From positions 4,250 to 68,249 of the forward strand of contig NZBG01000024.1 of assembly GCA_002687795.1 (NCBI GenBank): a stretch of 64,000 nucleotides of DNA, in the 5' to 3' direction. Origin of the DNA: Candidatus Woesearchaeota archaeon. GTDB taxonomy: Archaea; Nanobdellota; Nanobdellia; Woesearchaeales; GCA-2687795. Each line of letters begins with the position of its first letter. Position 1 is the first letter of the stretch. This document shows positions 53,445-61,043 of this stretch, one piece after another. A program made the translations under genes and the position numbers. A model generated the notes under the pieces. That model saw nothing but the letters and a program-made list of their open reading frames with translations, was not told where the DNA came from and did no database searches.

Positions 53445-54620
53445 TTATTCTATGCAATCTAAAATATTGTTCAGGTTATCTTTTATTCTCTCTTTTTTAT
53501 ATTTAGCTGCATATTTTCTTATTAGGCTTCTGCTCACCTTAACCCTTTTTTTCTTTAATAAGTCCTGGACATTACTAGATGAAACAAACTGAACAAATTG
53601 GGTAACATTCTTAGGCTTTAAACTCTTATGACATCTCTCAAAATCAAGCAAAGTAACTTTCAAACTCTTCCCAATAATAACATGCTTAACAGGATGATGC
53701 ATCTCTTCCTTATTAACACCCAACTTATCTAAAACAAACATCTGCCCAAAAACATTCTTAATAATATCAATAACTTCTTTCTTCTTTGCTTTCCTGATAA
53801 AATCAAGGATAAAATCCCCTTCAATATAATTATAAGCAAAATATTCTTTATCTTTAAATAATAATTTAGGGCCAATTCTGGCTTTGTTAAGCTTCTTCAA
53901 CCAATCTGTTTCATTGCTTATCCTTCCAACAGCTTCACTCTCAGGATTCTTTATTTTAATGGTAACCTTCTTTTTCTTATACAATGCTGTGAACAACAAC
54001 CCTCTATGGCCTTTTGCTAAATATCTTATATTGCTGAACCTTTTCTCAAGCTTTTTCAGGATATTAGATTTAGACAAAAGATAAACATACAGTTTCTCAA
54101 AGAAGAAGCTTTTCTCTTCCAACAACTTTGATTCCAACAGATTCCTATTAATAAACTGCTCAACCTTTTCCTTGTTGGTAAGGGAGGAGAATAACAATAG
54201 AACCTTTCCATTAGGCTTTAAATGCTCATTAACTTCCACCAAAAACCTTTCAATAACTTCATACCCTTTCTTTCCCCCATCAAGGGCTTTATCCTTATCC
54301 ATTTTATCTTCAGGAAGATACGGCGGGTTAAACACAATAAAATCAAACTTACCCTTAACATTCTTAAACAAATCACTCTTAACAAACCTAATCTTCTTAT
54401 TCTTAGCATTCTTCTTACAATATTTAACAGCTTTCTCATCAATATCAACACCAACAACCTTCTTAGCCTTTTTAGCAGCCTCAACAGCCAATATCCCTGA
54501 GCCTGTGCCAATGTCTAACACAAGGCCTTTAGAATATTTACTAACATATTTCTTTAATAAAAGAGAGTCTTCCCTTGGTTTGTAAATCATTTTATAATAT
54601 ACACTCTCTGCAGTCAGCAT
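53445..54620 (-). CDS. HemK/Mtq2-like N5-glutamine methyltransferase fused to a COG2112-type kinase-like domain
   Basis: N-terminal half: YKPREDSLLL, VLDIGTGSGILAVEAA, FIVFNPPYLP. C-terminal half: YLAKGHRGLLFTALYKKKKVTIKIK, NYIEGDF, HHPVKHVII...LLDFERC...PKNVTQFVQFV. An alternative ATG at 54590 lies 1 nt after the HxlR stop. Confidence 0.6.
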   Translation of the reverse strand: MLTAESVYYKMIYKPREDSLLLKKYVSKYSKGLVLDIGTGSGILAVEAAKKAKKVVGVDIDEKAVKYCKKNAKNKKIRFVKSDLFKNVKGKFDFIVFNPPYLPEDKMDKDKALDGGKKGYEVIERFLVEVNEHLKPNGKVLLLFSSLTNKEKVEQFINRNLLESKLLEEKSFFFEKLYVYLLSKSNILKKLEKRFSNIRYLAKGHRGLLFTALYKKKKVTIKIKNPESEAVGRISNETDWLKKLNKARIGPKLLFKDKEYFAYNYIEGDFILDFIRKAKKKEVIDIIKNVFGQMFVLDKLGVNKEEMHHPVKHVIIGKSLKVTLLDFERCHKSLKPKNVTQFVQFVSSSNVQDLLKKKRVKVSRSLIRKYAAKYKKERIKDNLNNILDCIE

Positions 54621-54951
54621 TTCTGCAAATAGTATTCTTGGTTTTCCATCTCAATGCCCATTTCTTAATATCCTTTATTATCTTAATAAAATCCTCTCCA
54701 CTTTTTGTTAAAGAGTACTCACACTTTATTGGAAAGATATTTGTATCAATCTTCTTTATTATTAATTCTTCTTTCTCCAGTTCTTTTAATCTTACTGATA
54801 AGATTTTAGGAGTTATACCTGGCAAATTATTCTTAAGCTGAGAATATCTCTTCTGTTTTTGTTTACCTCTATATAGCTCTAATAATATAAGCAATGTCCA
54901 TCTTTTTCCTATAAAATTCGTAGTTTTGTATATTGTGCAATCCTTATCCAT
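54592..54951 (-). CDS. HxlR-family transcriptional regulator
   Basis: 119 aa. IGKRWTLLILLELYRG...RYSQLKNNLPGITPKILSVRLKELEKEELI. Confidence 0.85.
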   Translation of the reverse strand: MDKDCTIYKTTNFIGKRWTLLILLELYRGKQKQKRYSQLKNNLPGITPKILSVRLKELEKEELIIKKIDTNIFPIKCEYSLTKSGEDFIKIIKDIKKWALRWKTKNTICRNADCRECIL

Positions 54952-55034
54952 AGTATACTTTTGGAAACTAATACCTATTTATATAAGTATCGTTTTACTA
55001 CCTAATATATAAAAGATATCAAGTGAAACATCAC

Positions 55035-55256
55035 ATGGCAACAATAAATGAGCTTGGCGAGATGGCTATAAAAGATGTGATAGAGAAATATCCTAAGATA
55101 GGAGAAGTATTGGATAAACATGAAATTGGTTGCACAACTTGTAAGATAGGCATTTGTAAATTTAAAGATGTTGTGAAGATTCATTACTTGCCTAAGGAAC
55201 AAGAAGAAATAATATTCAATGAAATAGCTAAAATACTAAAACAAACTGGAGGTTGA
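55035..55256 (+). CDS. DUF1858-like small redox-disulfide domain protein
   Basis: IKDVIEKYPKIGEVLDKHEIGCTTCKIGICKFKDVVKIH resembles the ScdA-N / hybrid-cluster-associated disulfide domain. ATG 55035 is preferred over GTG 55023. Confidence 0.45.
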   Translation: MATINELGEMAIKDVIEKYPKIGEVLDKHEIGCTTCKIGICKFKDVVKIHYLPKEQEEIIFNEIAKILKQTGG

Positions 55257-55260
55257 TAAA

Positions 55261-55725
55261 ATGGCAGATATACCATGTGGCTGTCCTGGATCAGCAATGC
55301 AGGACTTTAGAGATAAAAAAACAAAAGAAAGTAAAACATCAGCAAGACAGGAATCAGAACTAAAGCAATGGCCTATACAGCTTCATTTGGTTGGACCTGG
55401 TGCACCATACTTTGAGAATGCGGATTTGGTAATAACAGCGGATTGCGTGCCATTTGCATATGCAAATTTCCATTCTGATTTCTTAAAAGGAAGGCCAGTT
55501 GTTATTGGATGCCCTAAATTAGATGAAACAGAAGATTACGCAGAGAAGATTGGAGAGATAATTAAGGCTGGGAATGTAAAAAGTGTTACTATAATACATA
55601 TGGAGGTTCCATGCTGTTTTGGATTGCAAAGCATAGTTGAAGAAGCTGTTGAAAAGTCAGGCAAAAAGATTTCTATAAAGCAGGAAATAATTACGGTTTC
55701 TGGAGAAAAACAAAATGCCCAATGA
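55261..55725 (+). CDS. Uncharacterised CGCPG/QWPIQL Cys-rich (Fe-S-type) protein, short paralog
   Basis: 154 aa. IPCGCPGS, ELKQWPIQLHLV, ITADCVPFAY, VIGCPKLD, MEVPCCFGL. Collinear with the C-terminal half of the 56532 ORF. Confidence 0.6.
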   Translation: MADIPCGCPGSAMQDFRDKKTKESKTSARQESELKQWPIQLHLVGPGAPYFENADLVITADCVPFAYANFHSDFLKGRPVVIGCPKLDETEDYAEKIGEIIKAGNVKSVTIIHMEVPCCFGLQSIVEEAVEKSGKKISIKQEIITVSGEKQNAQ

Positions 55726-56002
55726 TGAAGAACATACCAAGTTAAGCAGGCTTAGAACAGGCAAATCTTTTATAGAACTTCATAAATGGATGAATGAGGA
55801 TTACAAAAATCCTGATATTCATCCTAAAAGGCATGATATTATCAAAATTCCTCAAAATCTGGAGATTGTAAGAGAAAAGTTTGGGAATAAAGCAGTTGAA
55901 GAATTTTTGTATCATATAAAAGAAGATTATGAGAAAAATATTGTATATAAGGTATTTAAAACTTTATCAGCAATCAAATGTATGTTTTTTTCATTTAGTT
56001 GA
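55715..56002 (+). CDS. Hypothetical protein
   Basis: 95-aa ORF overlapping the previous stop by 11 nt. No motif recognised. Confidence 0.35.
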   Translation: MPNDEEHTKLSRLRTGKSFIELHKWMNEDYKNPDIHPKRHDIIKIPQNLEIVREKFGNKAVEEFLYHIKEDYEKNIVYKVFKTLSAIKCMFFSFS

Positions 56003-56015
56003 TTAAGAGGATAAA

Positions 56016-56563
56016 ATGAACCTGACTAATGATTTGGCAGAAGAACATAAGTTAATAAAAAGAATGATTAATGTATTAGAGAATGCTGTAAACAGGCTTG
56101 AGAAAGGAGTAACTATGGAACCAGCTTTGTAAGAAATTTTGCAGATAAATTCCATCACGCAAAAGAGGAAGATATTTTATTCAAAGAGATGATTAAGAAA
56201 GGCATGCCTGAAAAAGACAGTCCTGTTGAGGCTATGCTCATAGAACATGAACAGGGAAGGGATTTTGTTAAAGGCATTATAAAAGCAAATGAAGAATTTA
56301 AAAAAGGCAATAAAAACATTGTGAATGAAATAATCAAAAATGCAAGAGGTTATATAGAATTATTAAGAGAGCACATTGAAAAAGAAGATGATATTTTATA
56401 TCCTCTTGCAGAGAGAATGTTTACCAAAGATGAAAAGGATAAACAGCTTAATGAATTTAAAAAAGCTGAGTTAAAAAAAGGTGGAAAAGAAACTGTTAGG
56501 AAATATAAAGACCTTGTAATAAATCTTGAAAATGTCAAAAAGAAACATAATAAAAATAGATGA
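56016..56563 (+). pseudogene. Hemerythrin (HHE cation-binding) domain protein, split by a 1-nt frameshift (or sequencing error)
   Basis: aagagg lies upstream of ATG 56016. MNLTNDLAEEHKLIKRMINVLENAVNRLEKGVTMEPAL(stop at 56130). The next frame continues FVRNFADKFHHAKEEDILFKEMIKKGMPEKDSPVEAMLIEHEQGRDF...EKEDDILYP. One extra T in ttt 56126-56128 joins the two parts. Confidence 0.7.
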
Positions 56564-57350
56564 AGATAAATGCAACGGCTGCGGCAAATGTATCCCAAAC
56601 TGTCCTGAAGGAGCTCTCCAAATTATAGACCATAAAGCCAGATTAATCAGCGACTTATTCTGTGACGGCTTAGGAGCTTGCATAGGCCACTGCCCTGAAG
56701 GAGCGATAACAATAGAAGAAAGGGAAGCAGAGCCTTACGATGAAAAGAAGACAATGGAAAACATAGTGAAGCATGGAACAAACACAATCAAAGCTCATCT
56801 AAAACATCTCAAAGATCATGGGGAAACAAAGCTGCTCAATGAAGCAATAAACTTTCTAAAAGAAAAAAATATAGAAGTACCAATGGAGGAAACTAAGATG
56901 GAAGAAGATTTACCCTGCGGCTGTCCAGGAACGCAGATAAGAGAATTAAAACCAAAAACCAATCAACCAGCTTCTGAACAGGAATCAGAGCTAAGACAAT
57001 GGCCAATACAGTTAAACCTATTGCCTCCATCTGCGCCCTTCTTTCAGGACTCAGACTTGTTAATAGCAGCAGACTGCGTTGGCTTTGCAAACCCAAACCT
57101 CCAAAGCCAATTGATCAAAGGAAGATCAATAGCAATAGGATGCCCCAAGCTTGATAATGTAGAAGGGTACAAAGAAAAAATAAAAGGAATTATAGAAATG
57201 AATAATCTTAACACAATAACAGTTGCAATAATGGAAGTACCGTGCTGTTATGGTTTGTATAATGTTGTTGAAGAAGCCTTGAATGAATCTGGTAAAAGGA
57301 TTACATTAAAGAAAATTATTGTTGGGGTTGATGGGAGCGTTAAAGGATAG
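56532..57350 (+). CDS. 2x[4Fe-4S] ferredoxin domain fused to a CGCPG/QWPIQL domain, long paralog
   Basis: CNGCGKCIPNCPEGAL and CDGLGACIGHCPEGAI, then LPCGCPGT, ELRQWPIQLNLL, IAADCVGFAN, AIGCPKLD, MEVPCCYGL. Confidence 0.7.
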   Translation: MSKRNIIKIDEDKCNGCGKCIPNCPEGALQIIDHKARLISDLFCDGLGACIGHCPEGAITIEEREAEPYDEKKTMENIVKHGTNTIKAHLKHLKDHGETKLLNEAINFLKEKNIEVPMEETKMEEDLPCGCPGTQIRELKPKTNQPASEQESELRQWPIQLNLLPPSAPFFQDSDLLIAADCVGFANPNLQSQLIKGRSIAIGCPKLDNVEGYKEKIKGIIEMNNLNTITVAIMEVPCCYGLYNVVEEALNESGKRITLKKIIVGVDGSVKG

Positions 57351-57404
57351 ACTATTACATTTAAACGCAAATATTATATACATATATTGTTCTTAAATCA
57401 AACA

Positions 57405-57950
57405 ATGAACCAAAAACAGATAGGCACAATCCTTATCATAGCCGGAATCCTGCTAGCTAGCCTCATATTCTGGATAAAGATCAAGGATGACATTGCTATT
57501 AGGCAAATCATCATGCAGCAGGGAGGCTCATGTTACCTTGATGACGGTACATGTCTTCATGAAGACAGGGATTATATAGTTTACATTATAGGTTGGGTTC
57601 TTTCAGCTGCCTTAACCATATTAGGAGTCTATTTGATATTCTTTGACAAAACTCAGGAAATCCTAGCAGAGCACCAAGAAAAAGTCTCCTCAGCATTAGA
57701 AGAAGCCAAAAAGCAGGAAAAAGATAAAGATGAATTCCATGCATTCCTCAGCAGCTTCAACGAAGATGAGCAAAACATACTAAAATCAACCAAAGAACAG
57801 GATGGCATAAAACAATCTACATTAAGATACAGAACAGGCATCTCAAAAAGCACATTATCATTAACTCTTAAATCATTGGAAGAAAGGGATATAATCTCAA
57901 GAAAGCCTTCAGGAAAAACCAATGAAGTGTTTTTGAGGAAGAAGTTCTAA
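57405..57950 (+). CDS. Membrane-tethered winged-helix (MarR-like) regulator with an extracytoplasmic Cys/His loop
   Basis: TM1 IGTILIIAGILLASLIFWI, loop GGSCYLDDGTCLHEDRD, TM2 IVYIIGWVLSAALTILGVYLIFF. A cytoplasmic linker and wHTH IKQSTLRYRTGISKSTLSLTLKSLEERDIISRKPSGK follow. Confidence 0.6.
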   Translation: MNQKQIGTILIIAGILLASLIFWIKIKDDIAIRQIIMQQGGSCYLDDGTCLHEDRDYIVYIIGWVLSAALTILGVYLIFFDKTQEILAEHQEKVSSALEEAKKQEKDKDEFHAFLSSFNEDEQNILKSTKEQDGIKQSTLRYRTGISKSTLSLTLKSLEERDIISRKPSGKTNEVFLRKKF

Positions 57951-57957
57951 AAACATC

Positions 57958-58002
57958 TCTAAACGTTCCAGGACAATAATTCTCTGCTTCTAAACGTTCC
58001 AG
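57958..58002 (+). promoter_or_regulatory. Two copies of a 14-nt direct repeat upstream of the cop operon (operator candidate)
   Basis: tctaaacgttccag at 57958-57971 and 57989-58002 (31-nt periodicity). Each contains the palindromic core aacgtt. They lie between the regulator stop and the attaataaat TATA-like box of copZ. Confidence 0.5.
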
Positions 58003-58070
58003 CCATTTATTTTTCATTCGAATGATATTAATAAATGTCTTATTATCTCATTAAATGGAGGTTGATAATA

Positions 58071-58277
58071 ATGAAAAACATAACATTAAACGTAAAAGGC
58101 ATGCACTGCTCAAGCTGTGAAATTCTAATCAAAGATAGTTTGGAAGAAACTGAAGGCATAAGTAATGCAGAGGTTTCACATAAAGACGGAACCGCAGAAG
58201 TCAGTTTTGATGAGTCAAAAACAGATGAAGAGTTAATCAAAACAATTATCGCTAAAGAAGGATACAATGTTGAATAA
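58071..58277 (+). CDS. copZ: Heavy-metal-associated (HMA) copper chaperone
   Basis: ggaggt lies 9 nt upstream of ATG 58071. MKNITLNVKGMHCSSCEILIKDSL... has GMxCxxC in a 68-aa ferredoxin-like fold. Confidence 0.8.
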   Translation: MKNITLNVKGMHCSSCEILIKDSLEETEGISNAEVSHKDGTAEVSFDESKTDEELIKTIIAKEGYNVE

Positions 58278-58279
58278 AC

Positions 58280-59788
58280 ATGACAAATAACAATATAATC
58301 AAGCAGGAATTCATCGCAGAAGGCACAACCTGCGAGAGCTGCGCTGAAATAATAAAAAGACAGGCATTAAAGGTTGATGGTGTTGAAGAAGCAGAGTTTG
58401 ATTACGCAACAGAAACAGGGTCTGTTATCTTTGATGGAACAAAAACTAATACTGATGATATACTTTACAAAATAGAAGAAAAGGGTTATACATGTTATCT
58501 TCTTGATGAAGAGAAATCTAAGAAAAGCAAGAAACCTATTGGCTGGATATTTGCTATTATAGGATTTCTTGTGGCAGGATATTTTATCTTAAGACTGGTT
58601 GATGGTATAAATCTGCCCCAAATAAGCCAGAATATGGGATATGGCTTATTGTTTATAGTGGGATTATTAACAGGCTTCCATTGCATAAGCATGTGCGGCG
58701 GTTTCGTTGTTTCATATACAGCTAAAAATGCGCAAGAAGGAAAAAGTTCGCATAAATCCCATTTGATGTATGGTATTGGAAAAACTTTATCTTATACACT
58801 TATAGGAGCTATTTTCGGCTTAATAGGTTCAATCATAGCCTTTACGCCAATGATGAGAGGAATTGCTGGATTACTTGCAGGTTCATTTCTAATATTATTC
58901 GGACTAAAAATGCTGAATATTATTCCAGCCCTAAGAAAGATACAGTTCAAAACACCAAAATTCTTATCAAAGTTTGTTGGCAAAGAGTCTCAGAGACAAT
59001 CAAGCCCTTTGGTAATAGGGTTATTAAACGGTTTCATGATTGCCTGCGGCCCACTACAAGCCATATATATCATGGCAGCCGGTACAGGCAGCATACTTGA
59101 AGGCGCCAAACTCTTATTCGTATTTGGTCTAGGAACTCTTCCAGCCCTGTTAGGATTTGGCTATTTTGCAAGTTACCTTTCAAGCAAGATGACTCATAAA
59201 ATCCTTAAAGCATCAGGAGCTATTGTGATTATCTTAGGCCTTGTTATGGTTAACAACGGCTTAGTTTTAACAGGCACTGGTTATGACTTTAAGTCTATGG
59301 TTGATTATGTTACTGGCGCAAACAGCATAACAGGCAGCACAGTGGGAACAAAATCAGAAAATACACCATTATTAAACAAAGGTTTCCAGGAAATCAGGAT
59401 GGAGGTTAACAGGTATGGCTGGAAGCCTGATAAATTTGTTTTGAAGAAAGGAGTTCCTGTTAGATGGATAATTGAAGGAAAAGAAATCAATGGATGTAAT
59501 AACGCTATCCAAGTACCAAAATACGGATTAAACTTTGATATTAAAAGAGGAGAGCAAGTGATAGAATTTACCCCTAAAGAAGAAGGCACAATTAGATGGA
59601 GCTGTTGGATGGGCATGATCCCCGGAACTTTTATTGTTAAAGATGATATTGATTTAGGCAATGAAGAAGCTGTTCAAAAAGAGTTGGCTGCTGTGCCTGA
59701 ACAGCAAAAAGGCTCCTGCGGCGGAAGCTGCGGCAGTCCTACATGCGGAGCTGCAACAGGAGGGGGCTGCGGCTGCGGTGGAAGATAA
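58280..59788 (+). CDS. HMA domain + DsbD_2/TauE-like membrane domain + cupredoxin-like domain fusion with a Cys/Gly tail
   Basis: 502 aa. EGTTCESCAEIIK (HMA), membrane core with GFHCISMCGG and MIACGPL. The C-terminal beta domain reads EIRMEVNRYGWKPDKFVLKKGVPVRWII...INGCNN...WSCWMGM. The tail is GSCGGSCGSPTCGAATGGGCGCGGR. Confidence 0.65.
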   Translation: MTNNNIIKQEFIAEGTTCESCAEIIKRQALKVDGVEEAEFDYATETGSVIFDGTKTNTDDILYKIEEKGYTCYLLDEEKSKKSKKPIGWIFAIIGFLVAGYFILRLVDGINLPQISQNMGYGLLFIVGLLTGFHCISMCGGFVVSYTAKNAQEGKSSHKSHLMYGIGKTLSYTLIGAIFGLIGSIIAFTPMMRGIAGLLAGSFLILFGLKMLNIIPALRKIQFKTPKFLSKFVGKESQRQSSPLVIGLLNGFMIACGPLQAIYIMAAGTGSILEGAKLLFVFGLGTLPALLGFGYFASYLSSKMTHKILKASGAIVIILGLVMVNNGLVLTGTGYDFKSMVDYVTGANSITGSTVGTKSENTPLLNKGFQEIRMEVNRYGWKPDKFVLKKGVPVRWIIEGKEINGCNNAIQVPKYGLNFDIKRGEQVIEFTPKEEGTIRWSCWMGMIPGTFIVKDDIDLGNEEAVQKELAAVPEQQKGSCGGSCGSPTCGAATGGGCGCGGR

Positions 59789-59812
59789 AAACTAAAAGAG
59801 GCATGATAAAAA

Positions 59813-60676
59813 ATGGAACATGAAACCCATAAAGAACATGAGAGAGAGCATGGAACACATAAACCTAAGCATGAGGTTCATCATAGGCATAGGAAAGATA
59901 ATAAAGTTGGTTTGGATAAGTTATTGATAATAGGTTTTGCAATAAATATTCTCTTGATGCTGTTTGTCTTAACTCAGCTTTCAGGTTTATCAAATAAGAT
60001 TGAAAGTTTATCGATTTCTGGTTCAGAGATAAAAACCGGTGAAGATACAGCCCCACAGGGGGCGCAGGCACCAACGCCTTCTCCTGAGTCAGAGCCTCAA
60101 GCAGACCTATCAGCTATAGCAGATGATGACCCTTCCATAGGACCCGATAATGCCAAAGTAACTGTGGTTGAATTTTCAGATTTTGAATGCTCTTACTGCG
60201 GCGCAGCAGCTGGAACTCATGAAGGATTAGTGAGCCAGTTTAAGTCCCGTGACCCAACTTGGGAAGCGCCAGTCCCAAAGCTGAAAGAGCTTGCTGAACA
60301 GGGAAAAATAAGGCTTGTGTATAGGGATTTCCCATTAAGATTTCATCAAAACGCACAAAAAGCTTCAGAAGCTGCCGAATGCGCAGACGAGCAAGGCAAA
60401 TTCTGGGAATATCATGATAAGATTTTTGAGAATCAAGGGAGTATAGATGTTGCTTCCTTAAAAAAATACGCTTCTGACCTCGGCCTTAATACAGCTAAGT
60501 TCAATGAGTGCCTTGACTCAGGGAAAATGGCTGATGAGGTTACAAAAGACCTTAATGATGGCGCTAAACTAGGAGTGAGCGGAACACCAGCATTCTTTAT
60601 TAATGGAAAATTGATTTCAGGAGCGCAGTCGTTTTCAGCATTTAAGTCTATAATTGACCAGGAATTAGCAAAATGA
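59813..60676 (+). CDS. DsbA-family thiol:disulfide oxidoreductase, membrane-anchored, with a His-rich N-terminus
   Basis: 287 aa. MEHETHKEHEREHGTHKPKHEVHHRHRK, TM LLIIGFAINILLMLFVL, Pro/Ala linker, VVEFSDFECSYCG (CxxC), GVSGTPAFFING. Confidence 0.8.
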   Translation: MEHETHKEHEREHGTHKPKHEVHHRHRKDNKVGLDKLLIIGFAINILLMLFVLTQLSGLSNKIESLSISGSEIKTGEDTAPQGAQAPTPSPESEPQADLSAIADDDPSIGPDNAKVTVVEFSDFECSYCGAAAGTHEGLVSQFKSRDPTWEAPVPKLKELAEQGKIRLVYRDFPLRFHQNAQKASEAAECADEQGKFWEYHDKIFENQGSIDVASLKKYASDLGLNTAKFNECLDSGKMADEVTKDLNDGAKLGVSGTPAFFINGKLISGAQSFSAFKSIIDQELAK

Positions 60677-61014
60677 TTTTAGGAAAATTAATTTTTTATT
60701 TTTTAGGGATTTTTATGGTTTTGTTAGTAATTAATGGGTGTTCAGGTCAAGGTAAATATGATGATTTTGCCCAATGCCTGACAGAGAAAGGAGTGAAGAT
60801 GTATGGAACAGAATGGTGCAGCCATTGCCAAAATCAAAAGAAAGCTTTTGGCAAGTCTTTTGGATATGTTGACTTTGTTGACTGCGATGTTGATAAAAAC
60901 GAGTGCTTAGCAGCCGGGGTAACAAGCTACCCTACCTGGAGAATAGATGGGACTAATTATCGCGGTGAGCAACATTTTCCCAGATTAGCCCAATTATCAG
61001 GGTGCAGTACTTAA
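60673..61014 (+). CDS. Thioredoxin-like secreted protein or lipoprotein (VKOR-associated Trx type)
   Basis: ATGA overlap with dsbA. Signal and lipobox-like VLLVINGCSG. YGTEWCSHCQNQKKAFG...VDCD...C...GVTSYPTW. Confidence 0.7.
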   Translation: MILGKLIFYFLGIFMVLLVINGCSGQGKYDDFAQCLTEKGVKMYGTEWCSHCQNQKKAFGKSFGYVDFVDCDVDKNECLAAGVTSYPTWRIDGTNYRGEQHFPRLAQLSGCST

Positions 61015-61043
61015 AATAAAGATTAATTGGATGAAAATTAAGA

